From the NCBI GenBank assembly GCA_965214325.1, contig CBDCBG010000004.1, positions 190,843 to 254,842 of the forward strand: a stretch of DNA of 64,000 nt, written 5' to 3'. Shown here piece by piece: positions 19,555 through 29,491 of this stretch. Source of the DNA: Paracoccaceae bacterium. Its GTDB lineage: Bacteria; Pseudomonadota; Alphaproteobacteria; Rhodobacterales; Rhodobacteraceae. Each line of letters opens with the position of its first letter. Within the stretch, counting starts at the first letter, position 1. The notes below the pieces were generated by a model. The model saw nothing but the letters and a program-made list of their open reading frames with translations. It ran no database searches and had not been told where the DNA came from. The position numbers were made by a program, and so were the translations under genes.

Positions 19555-20379
19555 ATGTCAGACAAACAACCAGTTCTCGAACTTCGCAACGTCGACAAGT
19601 CCTTCGGTCCTATCGATGTTTTGCACGAAATCAGCCTGAAAGTCGGCGAAGGCGAAGTCCTCTGCCTGTTGGGCGACAACGGCGCGGGCAAATCCACCCT
19701 CATCAAGACGCTGGCCGGTGTGCATCAACCGACTCGCGGCGATATCCTGATGGATGGACAGCCCATCAGCTTCACCAGCCCTCGCGACGCACAGAATCGC
19801 GGGATCGCCACTGTGCACCAGTTCGGTGGCACCTATCCGTTAATGTCGGTGGGTCGCAATTTCTTCATGGGCGTCGAGCCGACGAAAGGGTGGGGGCCGT
19901 TCAAGGTCTTCGACCGAAAGAAAGCGAATGAAATCGCCGTGAATGAGGTCCGGAACTTCGGCATCAACAGGATCGACGACGGCGACCGGCTGGTCGGCGG
20001 CCTGTCGGGTGGCGAGCGGCAGTCGCTGGCCATTGCGCGGGCTGTTTACTTCGGCGCACGTGTCCTGATCCTCGACGAGCCGACGGCGGCGCTTGGTGTC
20101 AAGCAATCGGCTCACGTCCTGCGCATTGTGAATGAGGCCAAGCGGCGCGGTCTGGCGGTGATCTTTATCACCCACCAGGTGATGCACGCGATGGCCGTGG
20201 GCGACCACTTTGCCGTTCTGATCCGGGGCGCAATCGCCGCCGACTTCCGCAAGGGCGAAAAGACCCGGGAGGAGATCGCGGATCTGATGGCGGGTGGTGA
20301 AAGCATGGCTGACCTCGAAGCCAGCATCGAAGGTTACATGGAAACGCACGAGGGTCATCCGCCGCCGCCGGCGCATTGA
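19555..20379 (+). CDS. sugar ABC transporter ATP-binding protein
   Basis: Walker A GDNGAGKST, signature LSGGERQ, Walker B LILDEPTAAL. AAGGAG RBS before ATG 19555. Confidence 0.9.
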   Translation: MSDKQPVLELRNVDKSFGPIDVLHEISLKVGEGEVLCLLGDNGAGKSTLIKTLAGVHQPTRGDILMDGQPISFTSPRDAQNRGIATVHQFGGTYPLMSVGRNFFMGVEPTKGWGPFKVFDRKKANEIAVNEVRNFGINRIDDGDRLVGGLSGGERQSLAIARAVYFGARVLILDEPTAALGVKQSAHVLRIVNEAKRRGLAVIFITHQVMHAMAVGDHFAVLIRGAIAADFRKGEKTREEIADLMAGGESMADLEASIEGYMETHEGHPPPPAH

Positions 20380-20474
20380 TTCGGCCCGGTGGGATCCACC
20401 ACCGGCCCTTTCCCAGTGTGAACTGAATGAGAGCGGCCTGCCTTTGGCGAGACCGAACAGAGGGAGACTGTCTG

Positions 20475-21497
20475 ATGATCCAATTGGCCATCATTGGCGC
20501 GGGCCTGATGGGGGAAGACCACGCCCGGCTCGTCGCGCAGGATCTTCCCGGGGCAATGCTTCAGGTCATTTGCGATATGGACCGGTCACGCGCGCAATCC
20601 GTCGCCGACGCAACTGGCGCGGCAGACATTTCAATCGAGCCCGAGACGGTGATTGGCCGTTCGGATGTCGATGCGGTGATCGTGGTCTCGCCGGATTTCA
20701 CCCATGCGCCCTTATCGACGGCCTGCATCGCGGCGGGCAAACCTGTTCTGTGTGAGAAACCCTTGTCGCAGTCATCAGTCGAATGCCTCGAGGTCATCAA
20801 GGCGGAGCAGAACACCGGCAAACAACATGTGATGCTGGGCTTCATGCGCCGATACGACCGGTCTTACATAGAGATGCGGGATGCGCTGGCGTCGGGCCGC
20901 CTGGGACGCGCGCTCATGATGCACAATTTTCACCGCAACGTAGAGACGCCTGCAGCGGATTTCACTGGTGCGATGGCAATTACCAATTCCGCTCCGCACG
21001 AATTCGATGTCGTGCGACACGTTCTTGGCACCGAATTCACAAGCGTGACGGCGCACCAGCCGCGTCGGTCCGATACCCGTGTCGCGCCGGTGGTGATGGT
21101 TTTGGAGACCGAAGACGGTCAACTGGTGACCGTCGAGATCAATAACAACGCGGCCTACGGGTACGACGTCCGCGCGGAACTGGTGGGCGAGGCTGGCTCC
21201 GTCGCCATGAACAACGTGGCCTACACCCGAACGGATATGAAACTAGCGTCCAGCACCCGTTATGACGCGGATTGGCGCGCACGCTATCACGAGGCCTACG
21301 TCCGCCAGAACCGGGATTTCCTCCGTTTCGTTGAAACAGGCACGTTCCCGGAAATCGCGTCGAACGCCTGGGACGGGTACTGCGCGGCCGTCGTAGCCGA
21401 AGCCGGCGCCGAGTCATTGAATACCGGTCAAAAACAGCCAGTCGAGTTGCTGTCGAAGCCGGAATTCTATGCAGGTCAAAAAGGGGCTGCGGCATGA
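20475..21497 (+). CDS. Gfo/Idh/MocA-family oxidoreductase (inositol dehydrogenase-like)
   Basis: Rossmann motif IIGAGLMGEDHA and the CEKPL motif. 340 aa. Confidence 0.85.
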   Translation: MIQLAIIGAGLMGEDHARLVAQDLPGAMLQVICDMDRSRAQSVADATGAADISIEPETVIGRSDVDAVIVVSPDFTHAPLSTACIAAGKPVLCEKPLSQSSVECLEVIKAEQNTGKQHVMLGFMRRYDRSYIEMRDALASGRLGRALMMHNFHRNVETPAADFTGAMAITNSAPHEFDVVRHVLGTEFTSVTAHQPRRSDTRVAPVVMVLETEDGQLVTVEINNNAAYGYDVRAELVGEAGSVAMNNVAYTRTDMKLASSTRYDADWRARYHEAYVRQNRDFLRFVETGTFPEIASNAWDGYCAAVVAEAGAESLNTGQKQPVELLSKPEFYAGQKGAAA

Positions 21498-22453
21498 AAC
21501 TAGGGTTTGTGTCAGACAGTCTCGGGGCGATGTCTTTCGAAGACATGCTGGACAACGCGGCGCGTATGGGTGTGTCGGGCGTCGAGGTGAACTCCTGCGG
21601 CTGGTCCACGGCACCGCATTTCGATTTGCGGACGATGCTCGGCGATGCTGGAGCCCGCAAGGCGTTCGAGACAGCCTTCGCGGACCGAGGTCTGGAGATC
21701 ATCAGCCTGAATGCCAACGGTAACCCGCTGCACCCAACCGACGCGTCACAGGGCGAGGGGCTGAAGGACACGATCCTCGTAGCGGGTGCTATGGGGATCA
21801 AGACGGTTTGCACGATGTCCGGCCTGCCTGCGGGAAATGCAAATGACACGATGCCCAATTGGGTCGTCTCCTCCTGGCCGCCGGAGACGCAGGAGATCCT
21901 GCGCTACCAGTGGGACGAAAAACTGGTTCCTTTCTGGACCGAGATCGCAAGCCTCGCCCGCGAAAATGGCGTCGAGCGCATTGCGCTCGAGCTTCATGGT
22001 AACCAATGCATCTACAATGTTCCCTCCCTGAGAAGACTTCGCGAGGCGGTCGGGCCCATGATTGGGGCGAACCTCGACCCCTCGCATCTTTTCTGGATGG
22101 GGGCGGACCCCCTAGTCGCGGCCGAGGCGTTGGGAGATGCGATCTACCACGTCCACGCCAAAGACACGTTGCTGAATGCGCCTGTTCAGGCGACCACCAG
22201 CCTTCTGGAAAACGGATCACTCATGGACATCCCGGCCCGTAGCTGGTCCTACATCACGCTTGGCTTCGGTCACGGCGAGGAATGGTGGCGGCAGTTCTGC
22301 TACCGGCTCAAGATGGCGGGCTACGATGGCTGGTTATCTATCGAGCACGAGGACGTGCTTCTGAACTCGCTTGAGGGCCTCGAAAAATCGGTCGCTCTTC
22401 TGCAGGGCGTCATGCCCGGCAAGCCCGCAGACTATGAACCACAGGATATCTGA
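21494..22453 (+). CDS. sugar phosphate isomerase/epimerase (xylose-isomerase-like TIM barrel, MocC/IolE-like)
   Basis: 319 aa, ELHGN, HVHAKD, SIEHED motifs typical of AP-endonuclease-2/TIM barrel family. Start overlaps the upstream stop. Confidence 0.8.
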   Translation: MKLGFVSDSLGAMSFEDMLDNAARMGVSGVEVNSCGWSTAPHFDLRTMLGDAGARKAFETAFADRGLEIISLNANGNPLHPTDASQGEGLKDTILVAGAMGIKTVCTMSGLPAGNANDTMPNWVVSSWPPETQEILRYQWDEKLVPFWTEIASLARENGVERIALELHGNQCIYNVPSLRRLREAVGPMIGANLDPSHLFWMGADPLVAAEALGDAIYHVHAKDTLLNAPVQATTSLLENGSLMDIPARSWSYITLGFGHGEEWWRQFCYRLKMAGYDGWLSIEHEDVLLNSLEGLEKSVALLQGVMPGKPADYEPQDI

Positions 22454-22454
22454 G

Positions 22455-23065
22455 ATGACGTTTCAACTCGCGGCCTGCGCTGAGATGTTCTGGCAAGACA
22501 AACCAATCCACTGGCGAGCGGCGCGTTTGCACGAGTTGGGCTTTGGCGTCGGCCTCTGGAATTGGCCCGCCTGGGATCTGGACGCGCTGGAGCACACCGG
22601 CGCAATCTTCACCATTATGAATGGCTATCTCGAGGGGCGGCTCGCCGACGCCGAAGGAGCCGACATGCTGCTGAAATCTGCGCGCGAGACGGCGCAGATC
22701 GGCAAGCGGCTTGGGGTGCATCGGCTGAACCTCCACGGCACCGGTCTGGGTGATCAGGGCCTGCCCATCCAGCAGATGGCCCATGTGGCACCCTGCATGT
22801 GGCTCAGGGCACGCGACACGCTCAATCGCATTTGCGACATGGCCGAGGAAGAGGACGTGACCTTCACGCTCGAAAACCTCAACCTGCGCGAACATCCCGG
22901 CTGTCCGTTCAATTCGACCGCCGATGTCTTGTCGCTCGTGGCGGCCGTTGACCGTCCGCAACTGCGTATCAACCTCGATCTCTACCACACCCAGATCGGC
23001 GAAGGAGACGTGATCCGCCATGCGGAAGCCTGCCTGCCGTGGATCGGCGAAGTGCAGGTTGCCGA
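22455..23065 (+). pseudogene. hydroxypyruvate-isomerase-like TIM-barrel gene, 3'-truncated
   Basis: MTFQLAACAEMFW...NLDLYHTQIGEGD...IGEVQVAE, then similarity and codon bias stop abruptly near 23,065, where intron-like non-coding sequence starts. Confidence 0.7.
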
Positions 23066-23836
23066 ATCTGGCCGGGTAGGAGGGGTCGTTGCCGAGCCCC
23101 TCCCCCCACAGAGCCGGACGTGCCCGCATCAGGGCATCCGGTTGCTCGCATGGCGGGTTCGCAGATCCAGTGCGGCTGTCCGGGACCGTTGCGTTGACAC
23201 GCAAGGCGAGCGCAGTGTCTCGGCGTGCTTCCCTCCTCCGGTTCCGTCCATGCGACGCCTCGCTTCCCTCCGCCGGGTCCCGATGGACACGGTTCCCCGT
23301 CCTCGACGGCACTGTCAAGGCGCTGCGACTCCCGGCTCCGCTTCCCTCGGGCCTGTTGATTCGCCGTCCGGCACCATGCGCTCCCGCGAGGTTCGTGGTG
23401 TCGCTCTCGCGCTCCCGGGGCAGATGCGGGCCTGCTCCGGGCCGGGGTCTTGACTGTTCGCGCCGGCCGTTCCCCTTCCAGCGATGCCTGCACATGGACG
23501 AGGCCGGGCCTCCCAGGTTCCCTGGCGATCATCCCGTGGCCTTGCGACGTTCTCCGACCCCGGCCGGTCCGGTCCGCCTCGCCAGTGGCGGCGGTCCCGG
23601 TGCTGCCCCCGCTGTCAGGAAACAAGAAGGCACCGGCATTGCCTGTCTCGAGGCTCAGCAGGTCGCTTCGCCACCCGCTGTGCACGCTTCACGACACACG
23701 TTGCCGTGCGCCATGCAACACGCGCTTCCGGCTGGCGGGCTGCGCCTTTGCCGGGCGGGAGTCGAACCCGCTGGATCACGATGAATGGTTCCAGGTCATC
23801 CTGTCCTCCTTTCCAGGGCTTTGGCCTGGCGCAAAG
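23066..23836 (-). mobile_element. group II intron 5' fragment (type C, ORF-less, 3' part deleted)
   Basis: The reverse strand starts TTGCGCCAGGCCAAAGCCCTGG... It shares blocks with the 5' domain of the full introns (GTGCGCCAGGC, GTGAAGCGT..CAGCGG, TGAGCCTCGA, ACCTGGGAGG). No protein-like ORF and no domain V seen. Confidence 0.45.
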
Positions 23837-23998
23837 CGATTTCGGTCTGTCTTGGACAGCCAACCGCAAGTGCAGGAACAGCGGGGCCGGATGCTCGGGA
23901 AGCCAACTGAGTGATACTAAGAGATCACCTTGAAAGGCATCCTTGCGTGGCCTATATTAAATTCATCCGAAAGTCGGATACATTTAGGGGAGCTGAAC

Positions 23999-24664
23999 AT
24001 GCCAATCCCGACCACACTTGAAATGTCGCCAGGCAAAGCGATACTGATCAGAGAGGCTGCTGCGGCCACGGGAGTCTCGGCGCGCAAGATCAACCGCCTG
24101 ATCGATGATGCCGTTCTGCCGAAGTCTGCATGCGTCAAGCTCGGCTCGCGCCGCGCGGTGCGCGCTTACGCGGTTCCCATGGTCAGATTCGGTGCAACCG
24201 ACGGTTCCAAGCTGAGCAAGGGCATGCGTCTGGAAGCCATGCGGATGATTGAGAAGTTCGCCAAGGAGAACTGGCCCCGCCTTCGCGACGAGCCCGAGCA
24301 TGCAAGGCCCCTGCGGTTTGAAAGCGGCTGCGTCATGATCTCCCTTGGAGAGCCTGTAAGTGCAGCGATGGCAGGGCTGAACAAACTGAACGATGCGTTC
24401 AGTCGCATCGTCGCGGACTCGGAGACAAGAGGCGGCATTCCTGTCGTGCGCGGAACCCGGATAGGTGTCTACGAAGTCGCGGATTCACTCGCCGCAGACG
24501 GCCTGGAGACCACATTGGAGGACTTCCCGACCTTGAGCCGCGAAGATGTCGAGGCAGCGACGCTTTACGTCAAGACACACCCGAGAACCGGGCGGCCTCG
24601 CGCCGAGTCCAAGCTTCGACGCCTGGTGTCAGAAGAAACAGTCGAGTTGACGAGCGCGGATTGA
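23999..24664 (+). CDS. DUF433-domain protein (putative antitoxin) with long N-terminal extension
   Basis: C-terminal GGIPVVRGTRIGVYEVADSLAADGLETTLEDFPTLSREDVEAATLY matches the DUF433 pattern. GGGGAG RBS before ATG 23999. Confidence 0.7.
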   Translation: MPIPTTLEMSPGKAILIREAAAATGVSARKINRLIDDAVLPKSACVKLGSRRAVRAYAVPMVRFGATDGSKLSKGMRLEAMRMIEKFAKENWPRLRDEPEHARPLRFESGCVMISLGEPVSAAMAGLNKLNDAFSRIVADSETRGGIPVVRGTRIGVYEVADSLAADGLETTLEDFPTLSREDVEAATLYVKTHPRTGRPRAESKLRRLVSEETVELTSAD

Positions 24665-24680
24665 ACAAAGGCAGGCAATT

Positions 24681-25109
24681 GTGAAGTTCCTTATCGACGA
24701 ATGCTTGTCCATTGCTTTGGTCGACAAGGCCGTGGCAGCTGGACATGTCGAAAGCGCACATGTCTCGCGGCGAGGAATGAACGGCTGGAAAGACCATCGG
24801 CTGATGCAAGCCGTCATTGATGACGACTGGACGCTTGTAACCCGAAACTCCGATGATTTTCGACCGAGACATGGAAGCGCCAGCCAAGCGCCATGCTACG
24901 TCGGCCAGCCACTGCATGCAGGTCTTGTTTGTCTCAACTTGCCCGCAAGCTCTGGGCGGGCAGGTCAATTGCAGTACTTCCAAGCGGCGCTGGACTGCAT
25001 CGGCAATCCGGGCGACCTGGTCAACAAGGTGATCGAGGTCGATCCTGACCCAGCAGATGCCGGGCAGGTGCTGCTCAGGATCTATGACTTCCCCGACGAC
25101 GAGACGTAG
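24681..25109 (+). CDS. DUF5615-family PIN-like putative toxin
   Basis: GTG start. The MKFLIDECLS N-terminus and the ...LVTRNSDDF motif are typical of Mut7-C/DUF5615 partners of DUF433. Confidence 0.65.
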   Translation: MKFLIDECLSIALVDKAVAAGHVESAHVSRRGMNGWKDHRLMQAVIDDDWTLVTRNSDDFRPRHGSASQAPCYVGQPLHAGLVCLNLPASSGRAGQLQYFQAALDCIGNPGDLVNKVIEVDPDPADAGQVLLRIYDFPDDET

Positions 25110-25421
25110 AACCATGGGTTTCCTCATTTGAGTCCTTCGTCTTCAGTGCATCGGAAATGGTAGCCGCGAGCGAATTGCCACATGTAGGGGTAATGGGCTC
25201 GAAGCTGCATATTTGGCCACGAAATCGAACATAAAGCGCACATCAGATGCTGCTTTCCCGAACTTGTCGAGATCAAATGCATCGCGACGGGCGTGCAGGT
25301 GATCGCCGTTCTTCTCCTGGAAACATCCGGTCCGAGTTGCCGCACCATCCATTTCACGGGACCGTCAACTGCTGTCTCCGGGATCCTGATGGTCATTGCG
25401 GGAAGCACCAAAACCTGGGCG

Positions 25422-26811
25422 TCAAGCGGCCACCTCGATTTCCTGATCCGTGTTTGCCGCATTGAAGAGCCCGGGATGCCAGGACTGGAACCTGGCCCTG
25501 AGCGTGCCGTCGAGCACGCGGGTCCTGGTCTGGAGCATGAGGTGCGCTCCGGATCTTGACCATCGCATCTGCCGCTTCTTCGAGAAGCGCTTTCCCACGA
25601 CCGTGTTGACCGTGGATTCGACGAACGCGGTCGACACCCGTTCCCCGTATCGATGGCGCTCGGCGCAGTTCGGCATGGTGTGGGCATTGTTGGCGACGCA
25701 GGCCTGGAACTCGCAGGCACCCTTTCGGAACGCCTTGATGTTCGGACACCGGGTCTTGATGCACTCAAGGCCGGCGACAAGGTCGTCGATGCAGGGAAGG
25801 GCCGCACGGACATTGCCGTGCCACAGGAACCCCTTGACGCGTCCCGGCGCCCGGTCGATTCCTTCCGCTTCCTCCCGGTCGCGGTGATGGGCGGCAAGGC
25901 CCTTGGCGCACTGCCTCGGCACCGTGATGCGCATGGTGACGTGGAACCGGTCGAGCACATGCCCGGCGCAGGGCGACATGAATTCCGCCATGCTGCGGAT
26001 GCTGTCCTCGCCGTCGGCCAGGAACGTGATCTCCTGGTTCATCTGCAGGCCCTGTTCCTGCAATGCATCGTGCAGTCGGCGCCCGGGTTTTTCGTCAAGG
26101 CTCTGCACAAGGCCGAAGCAACGGTCTCCCCTGTCCGCCGCGACGGACTTTCCGACCACGACCTCGAAGTTCGTCAGCCGTCCCTCGCCGTCTCTTTCGC
26201 GGGCACGAACGCATCCTCCGTCCATCCCGACGATGATCGGGCCTTCGGCCGGCGGCAGCGCGGCATGGTCTCGCGGCGCGCCTTCGACGAAGCTGAACCG
26301 CTCCTCCCCCAGTTCCCCTTCCATGCGGTTCGCCGCATGGTGGAGGTGGTTGCGCACGGTCTCGGCGTTGAGCGCGGCACCGACGGGAAGCACGTCCTTG
26401 AGCAGGCCCGCCGTGGCATCGAAGGAGACCGGGGAAGCCCGTTTCGTTTCCGGACAGGGCATTTCCGGCGCGACATGCTCTTGGAAGAGGCTCGCAAGAG
26501 GATTGAAGGTCTCTCCGTCCTCGCTGCCGTTGCAGGAACAGCGTTCCAGTCGCGGCCCGGCAATCGGGATGTCGCCGAAGGGCGTTCGGAACCGGAACGT
26601 ACGCCGGCCCTTGCTCCAGAGGCGGTTTCCGCAGCGGGGGCAGGACCGGCTGTCCTCCACGAAGGCGGCGGCCTGCGCCGCAACGATCCGCTCCTGAAGC
26701 CGCCCGAGGAGATCCTTGGCCTCGTCGAGCGACAGAGCCCGGTCCGCTCAAGCGCGTCGTGCGGCCTGTCGAGTTCCAGCACGTCCTCGTCGATGAAACT
26801 GACTTCCCCGG
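25422..26811 (-). pseudogene. ISKra4-family transposase, split by an IS66-type insertion and frameshifted
   Basis: CPRCGN zinc motif, FLADGEDSIRS, HVLDRFHV, ESTVNTVVGKRFSKKRQMRW. The first 13 codons (MKIGIRLKIDAGE) lie at 29157..29119 beyond the insertion. There is an extra 1-nt frameshift near 26,690. Confidence 0.6.
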
Positions 26812-26830
26812 GTAACTGCTCACCCCATTT

Positions 26831-28291
26831 TCAGGCATCCTGATCGAGACAGTCAACGGCCTTTCCCTTGAGGGCGATCATGATGGCGACGAGCGGGTTG
26901 TATCCGAGCGCGGCCATTGTCCGGAGGTAGCTCGATATGCGGCACCAGGCGTGTGCGAACGCGACGCTTCGGAAGCAGCCCGATATCTTCTGCTTGACCT
27001 TGGCCATCCTGAAGTCGCGCTCCGCCCGGTTGTTCGAGAACGGGGTGTCGGCACGCCTTGTGAAGCGCAGGACGTTCCGTCTCTGGGCGGCGAGGCGTTC
27101 GAGAAGGTTGTGGGCATCGGACCTGGCGACCGGTCCGCGGCGGCCCTTCCGCCTCTTCGGGATCTCGGGCATCTCCTTTCGGCCCTGCTCCAGGATCTCC
27201 CTGTAGCATCGTGCGACTCGCCTGTAGTGGCGCATGGAGAGCCGCCTGTCCGGCCGTCGCATGACCTGCCGCCGCGCGATGAGCAGCAGCTTGCGCATCC
27301 TCTCCGCCCACGGCCAGCCGTTGCTGTCGGTCGCGGCCTGAAGCTCGCGCAGCAAATGGGGGCAGCAGAGCTGATGCTTGCAGTTCGTGTAGGTGAGGTA
27401 CGCCTTCCAGCAGTCGTGGACGATGACGCCTCCGTACCGGGGGATGATCCCGATGTCGTCGATGGCCTCGCATCCGCGCTTCCGGTGCAGCCGCTTGACG
27501 GTGACCGGGCCGCCGGAGCAGACGTGGATCCAGTGGTTCCTTCCGTCCACCCGCAGCGAGGTTTCGTCGACGTTCAGCACGGGCATCGCGAGGAGCTTCC
27601 CGATCGCGGCGGCCTCCCATGTTTCCAGCGCCTGATGCAGGCGCGAGACGAAGCCGAGAAGCGTGGCCTCGGAGAGCAGCCGTCCGGTCGTCGCCTGGAT
27701 CATGGCCGCGGTCCGCTTGAGCGGGACCATCTGCGCGCAGAGCAGGTGCACGGCATAGGCGACGATGCCGGGTCCGTACTGCAGCGGCCCCGGCATGGTG
27801 TCGGGGAACGCGCCCTTGTTCCGGGCGCGGCAGCGCGGGCAGTCCTTGATCTCGGCCTCGACCCGGCGCTCGACGGTCTCGAAGACGATGTCGATCTCGA
27901 CGCGTGCCTCGTGTCCGGAGCACGCGGTTCCGGACAGGTCGTGGCCGCATTGCCGGCACGCGGTGACCGAGCTGGATTCCGTGACGGTGACCGTGCGCAG
28001 GTTGCCCGGTTCCGTCTCCCTCGCCTTCGGCCCCTTGCTGCGGGAGCCCTTGCCGGCGCGCCGCGCGGTCTCGTCCCTGTCCGTCTGCGACGGCGGGAGG
28101 CCGGAGTTGCGCGAGGTCTTCGGCGTCGTCTTCTCGAGGAACACCGCCACCAAGATGTCCAGAAGCAGGAACAGGGCGTCGATCAGCGCGAGGGTTTCGG
28201 CGCCCGCCTCGCCCTTCCGCTTGATGCCGTCGAACCGGGCCCGGCAATCGTCCATCTGCGCGCGCAGCGATGCCCCGTTCACCGTCGGCAT
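26831..28291 (-). CDS. IS66-family transposase (single-ORF type)
   Basis: 486 aa. CRQCGHDL and CPRCRA zinc motifs, VDETSLRVDGRNHWIHV, HQLCCPHLLREL, SNNRAERDFRMAKVKQKISGCFRS. Confidence 0.85.
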   Translation of the reverse strand: MPTVNGASLRAQMDDCRARFDGIKRKGEAGAETLALIDALFLLLDILVAVFLEKTTPKTSRNSGLPPSQTDRDETARRAGKGSRSKGPKARETEPGNLRTVTVTESSSVTACRQCGHDLSGTACSGHEARVEIDIVFETVERRVEAEIKDCPRCRARNKGAFPDTMPGPLQYGPGIVAYAVHLLCAQMVPLKRTAAMIQATTGRLLSEATLLGFVSRLHQALETWEAAAIGKLLAMPVLNVDETSLRVDGRNHWIHVCSGGPVTVKRLHRKRGCEAIDDIGIIPRYGGVIVHDCWKAYLTYTNCKHQLCCPHLLRELQAATDSNGWPWAERMRKLLLIARRQVMRRPDRRLSMRHYRRVARCYREILEQGRKEMPEIPKRRKGRRGPVARSDAHNLLERLAAQRRNVLRFTRRADTPFSNNRAERDFRMAKVKQKISGCFRSVAFAHAWCRISSYLRTMAALGYNPLVAIMIALKGKAVDCLDQDA

Positions 28292-28953
28292 CACTCCGCC
28301 TCCACCGCCATGATCGCCGAGACCACCGCGAGCCGCTCGCCCGGCGGCATCTTCCGGTAGCCCTCCGCCCAGCGGGCGGCCTTGCGCCTGATGCGCTGGC
28401 GGTCGGTCCTGTCCCGCCCGGCATGGCCGGCCCAGTGCATCCGGTCGGGCGCGAAGTTGAACCAGACCACCTCGGTGCGGACCTGGCCCTGGGTCGTCAC
28501 CTGAAGCGCGATCCGGCGCCAGTCCCGCAGCATGTCGTCGTACAGCGCCGAGGGGTGTCCCGAGACCATCACCTGGCACGGCAGGCCCTTGAGCAGGTCG
28601 AGGAGCGCGACATGGTCGGCCTCGGCGTAGTCGTGGCGGTACCGCCGCCGCGACCGGCGGGTCGCGTGCAGGTACGGCGGGTCGCTGTAGACCAGTTCCG
28701 TGCCCCGGAACGGGAAGCCGGCCAGGAACGCGTGCGCGCAGCCGTGCACCAGCTCCACCGGGTAGCCGCACTCGAACCCGTCAATCGCGCGCCGGTCCCG
28801 GTCGATCCCGATGCTGCGCGCCGCCGGGGCCTTGCGCTTCATCAGCGCGCCGCCCCCGAGATGAGACTCCAGATAAAGATCGTGCGGGGGCTGGAGTCCC
28901 AGAAGCATCTGGCACAGCCCGCTCGTTGCCTTGGAACCAAAATATCCCATCAA
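28291..28953 (-). CDS. DNA N6-adenine methyltransferase (D12/Dam class)
   Basis: YFGSK N-terminal motif and catalytic DPPY (VYSDPPYL). 220 aa. The stop overlaps the transposase ATG (TGATG). Confidence 0.8.
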   Translation of the reverse strand: MMGYFGSKATSGLCQMLLGLQPPHDLYLESHLGGGALMKRKAPAARSIGIDRDRRAIDGFECGYPVELVHGCAHAFLAGFPFRGTELVYSDPPYLHATRRSRRRYRHDYAEADHVALLDLLKGLPCQVMVSGHPSALYDDMLRDWRRIALQVTTQGQVRTEVVWFNFAPDRMHWAGHAGRDRTDRQRIRRKAARWAEGYRKMPPGERLAVVSAIMAVEAE

Positions 28954-29491
28954 CGGTCCCCGTCGCTCACGGGAACCGCCGATAACCGGATCAGTCTACG
29001 GTGTCAACTCCCCTCGCCACCGACGTCCCGTGCGGCGGGCCCCGGCCAGTCAGCGCCTCCAATGATCTCGTCGGATGTCACCCCGACATCGTTCCGGAAC
29101 TAGGGGGTGAGCAGGTACTTCCCCGGCATCGATCTTCAGCCTGATCCCGATCTTCATGTCGCTCCCCCGCAACGGCTTTCCAGAACGGGCAGAGAGGAAA
29201 ACCCGCGCGGCGCAGGCCCCTCCGTCACGGTGGATCCTGACGATGGAACGAGGCAGGCCGCAACCCGGCTTGCTTTCCGTAACGACGAGTGCCAATCCGT
29301 GAACGGCTGCATCGAGCGCATTTCCGGCGAGATCACCGACATCCTGCTGCGGGAAGGCATCGACCACATGTCCAGACCATGGCCGTCTTCAAGGCCGCAC
29401 GCCGACATCGGCGCGACGCGCATCCATGCCGGGACAAGCATCGCGATGCTGCAACGCAAGTTCGGCCAGGTTGCGGATCCGGCCGGCCGCG

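Larger units (their letters stand above)
26812..29118 (-). mobile_element. IS66-family-type element carrying a Dam-like methylase, copy 1 (2,307 bp)
   Basis: IRs GTAACTGCTCACCCC / GTACCTGCTCACCCC (14/15). Perfect 8-bp TSD TTCCCCGG at 26804..26811 and 29119..29126. Confidence 0.85.

Noticed and set aside
23740-23790. tRNA/tmRNA-like T-arm (GCGGGTTCGACTCCCGC on the - strand), a possible integration att site or two-piece tmRNA.
   Set aside because: There is no matching acceptor 5' strand, anticodon arm, CCA or tag reading frame nearby. The motif lies inside the block that aligns with group II intron domain I.
25143-25352. 69-aa ORF in the lower-GC stretch between the DUF5615 gene and the ISKra4 gene.
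   Set aside because: No recognisable family, no RBS, and it may be a gene fragment. The evidence is insufficient.
29240-29470. + strand stretch QSVNGCIERISGEI...SSRPHADIG resembling the C-terminus of an IS3/IS481 integrase core (NG..ER...RPH..lG).
   Set aside because: The match is short and degenerate, with no upstream DDE region. It lies in the 5' leader of the ISKra4 gene. It cannot be separated from chance without a profile search.
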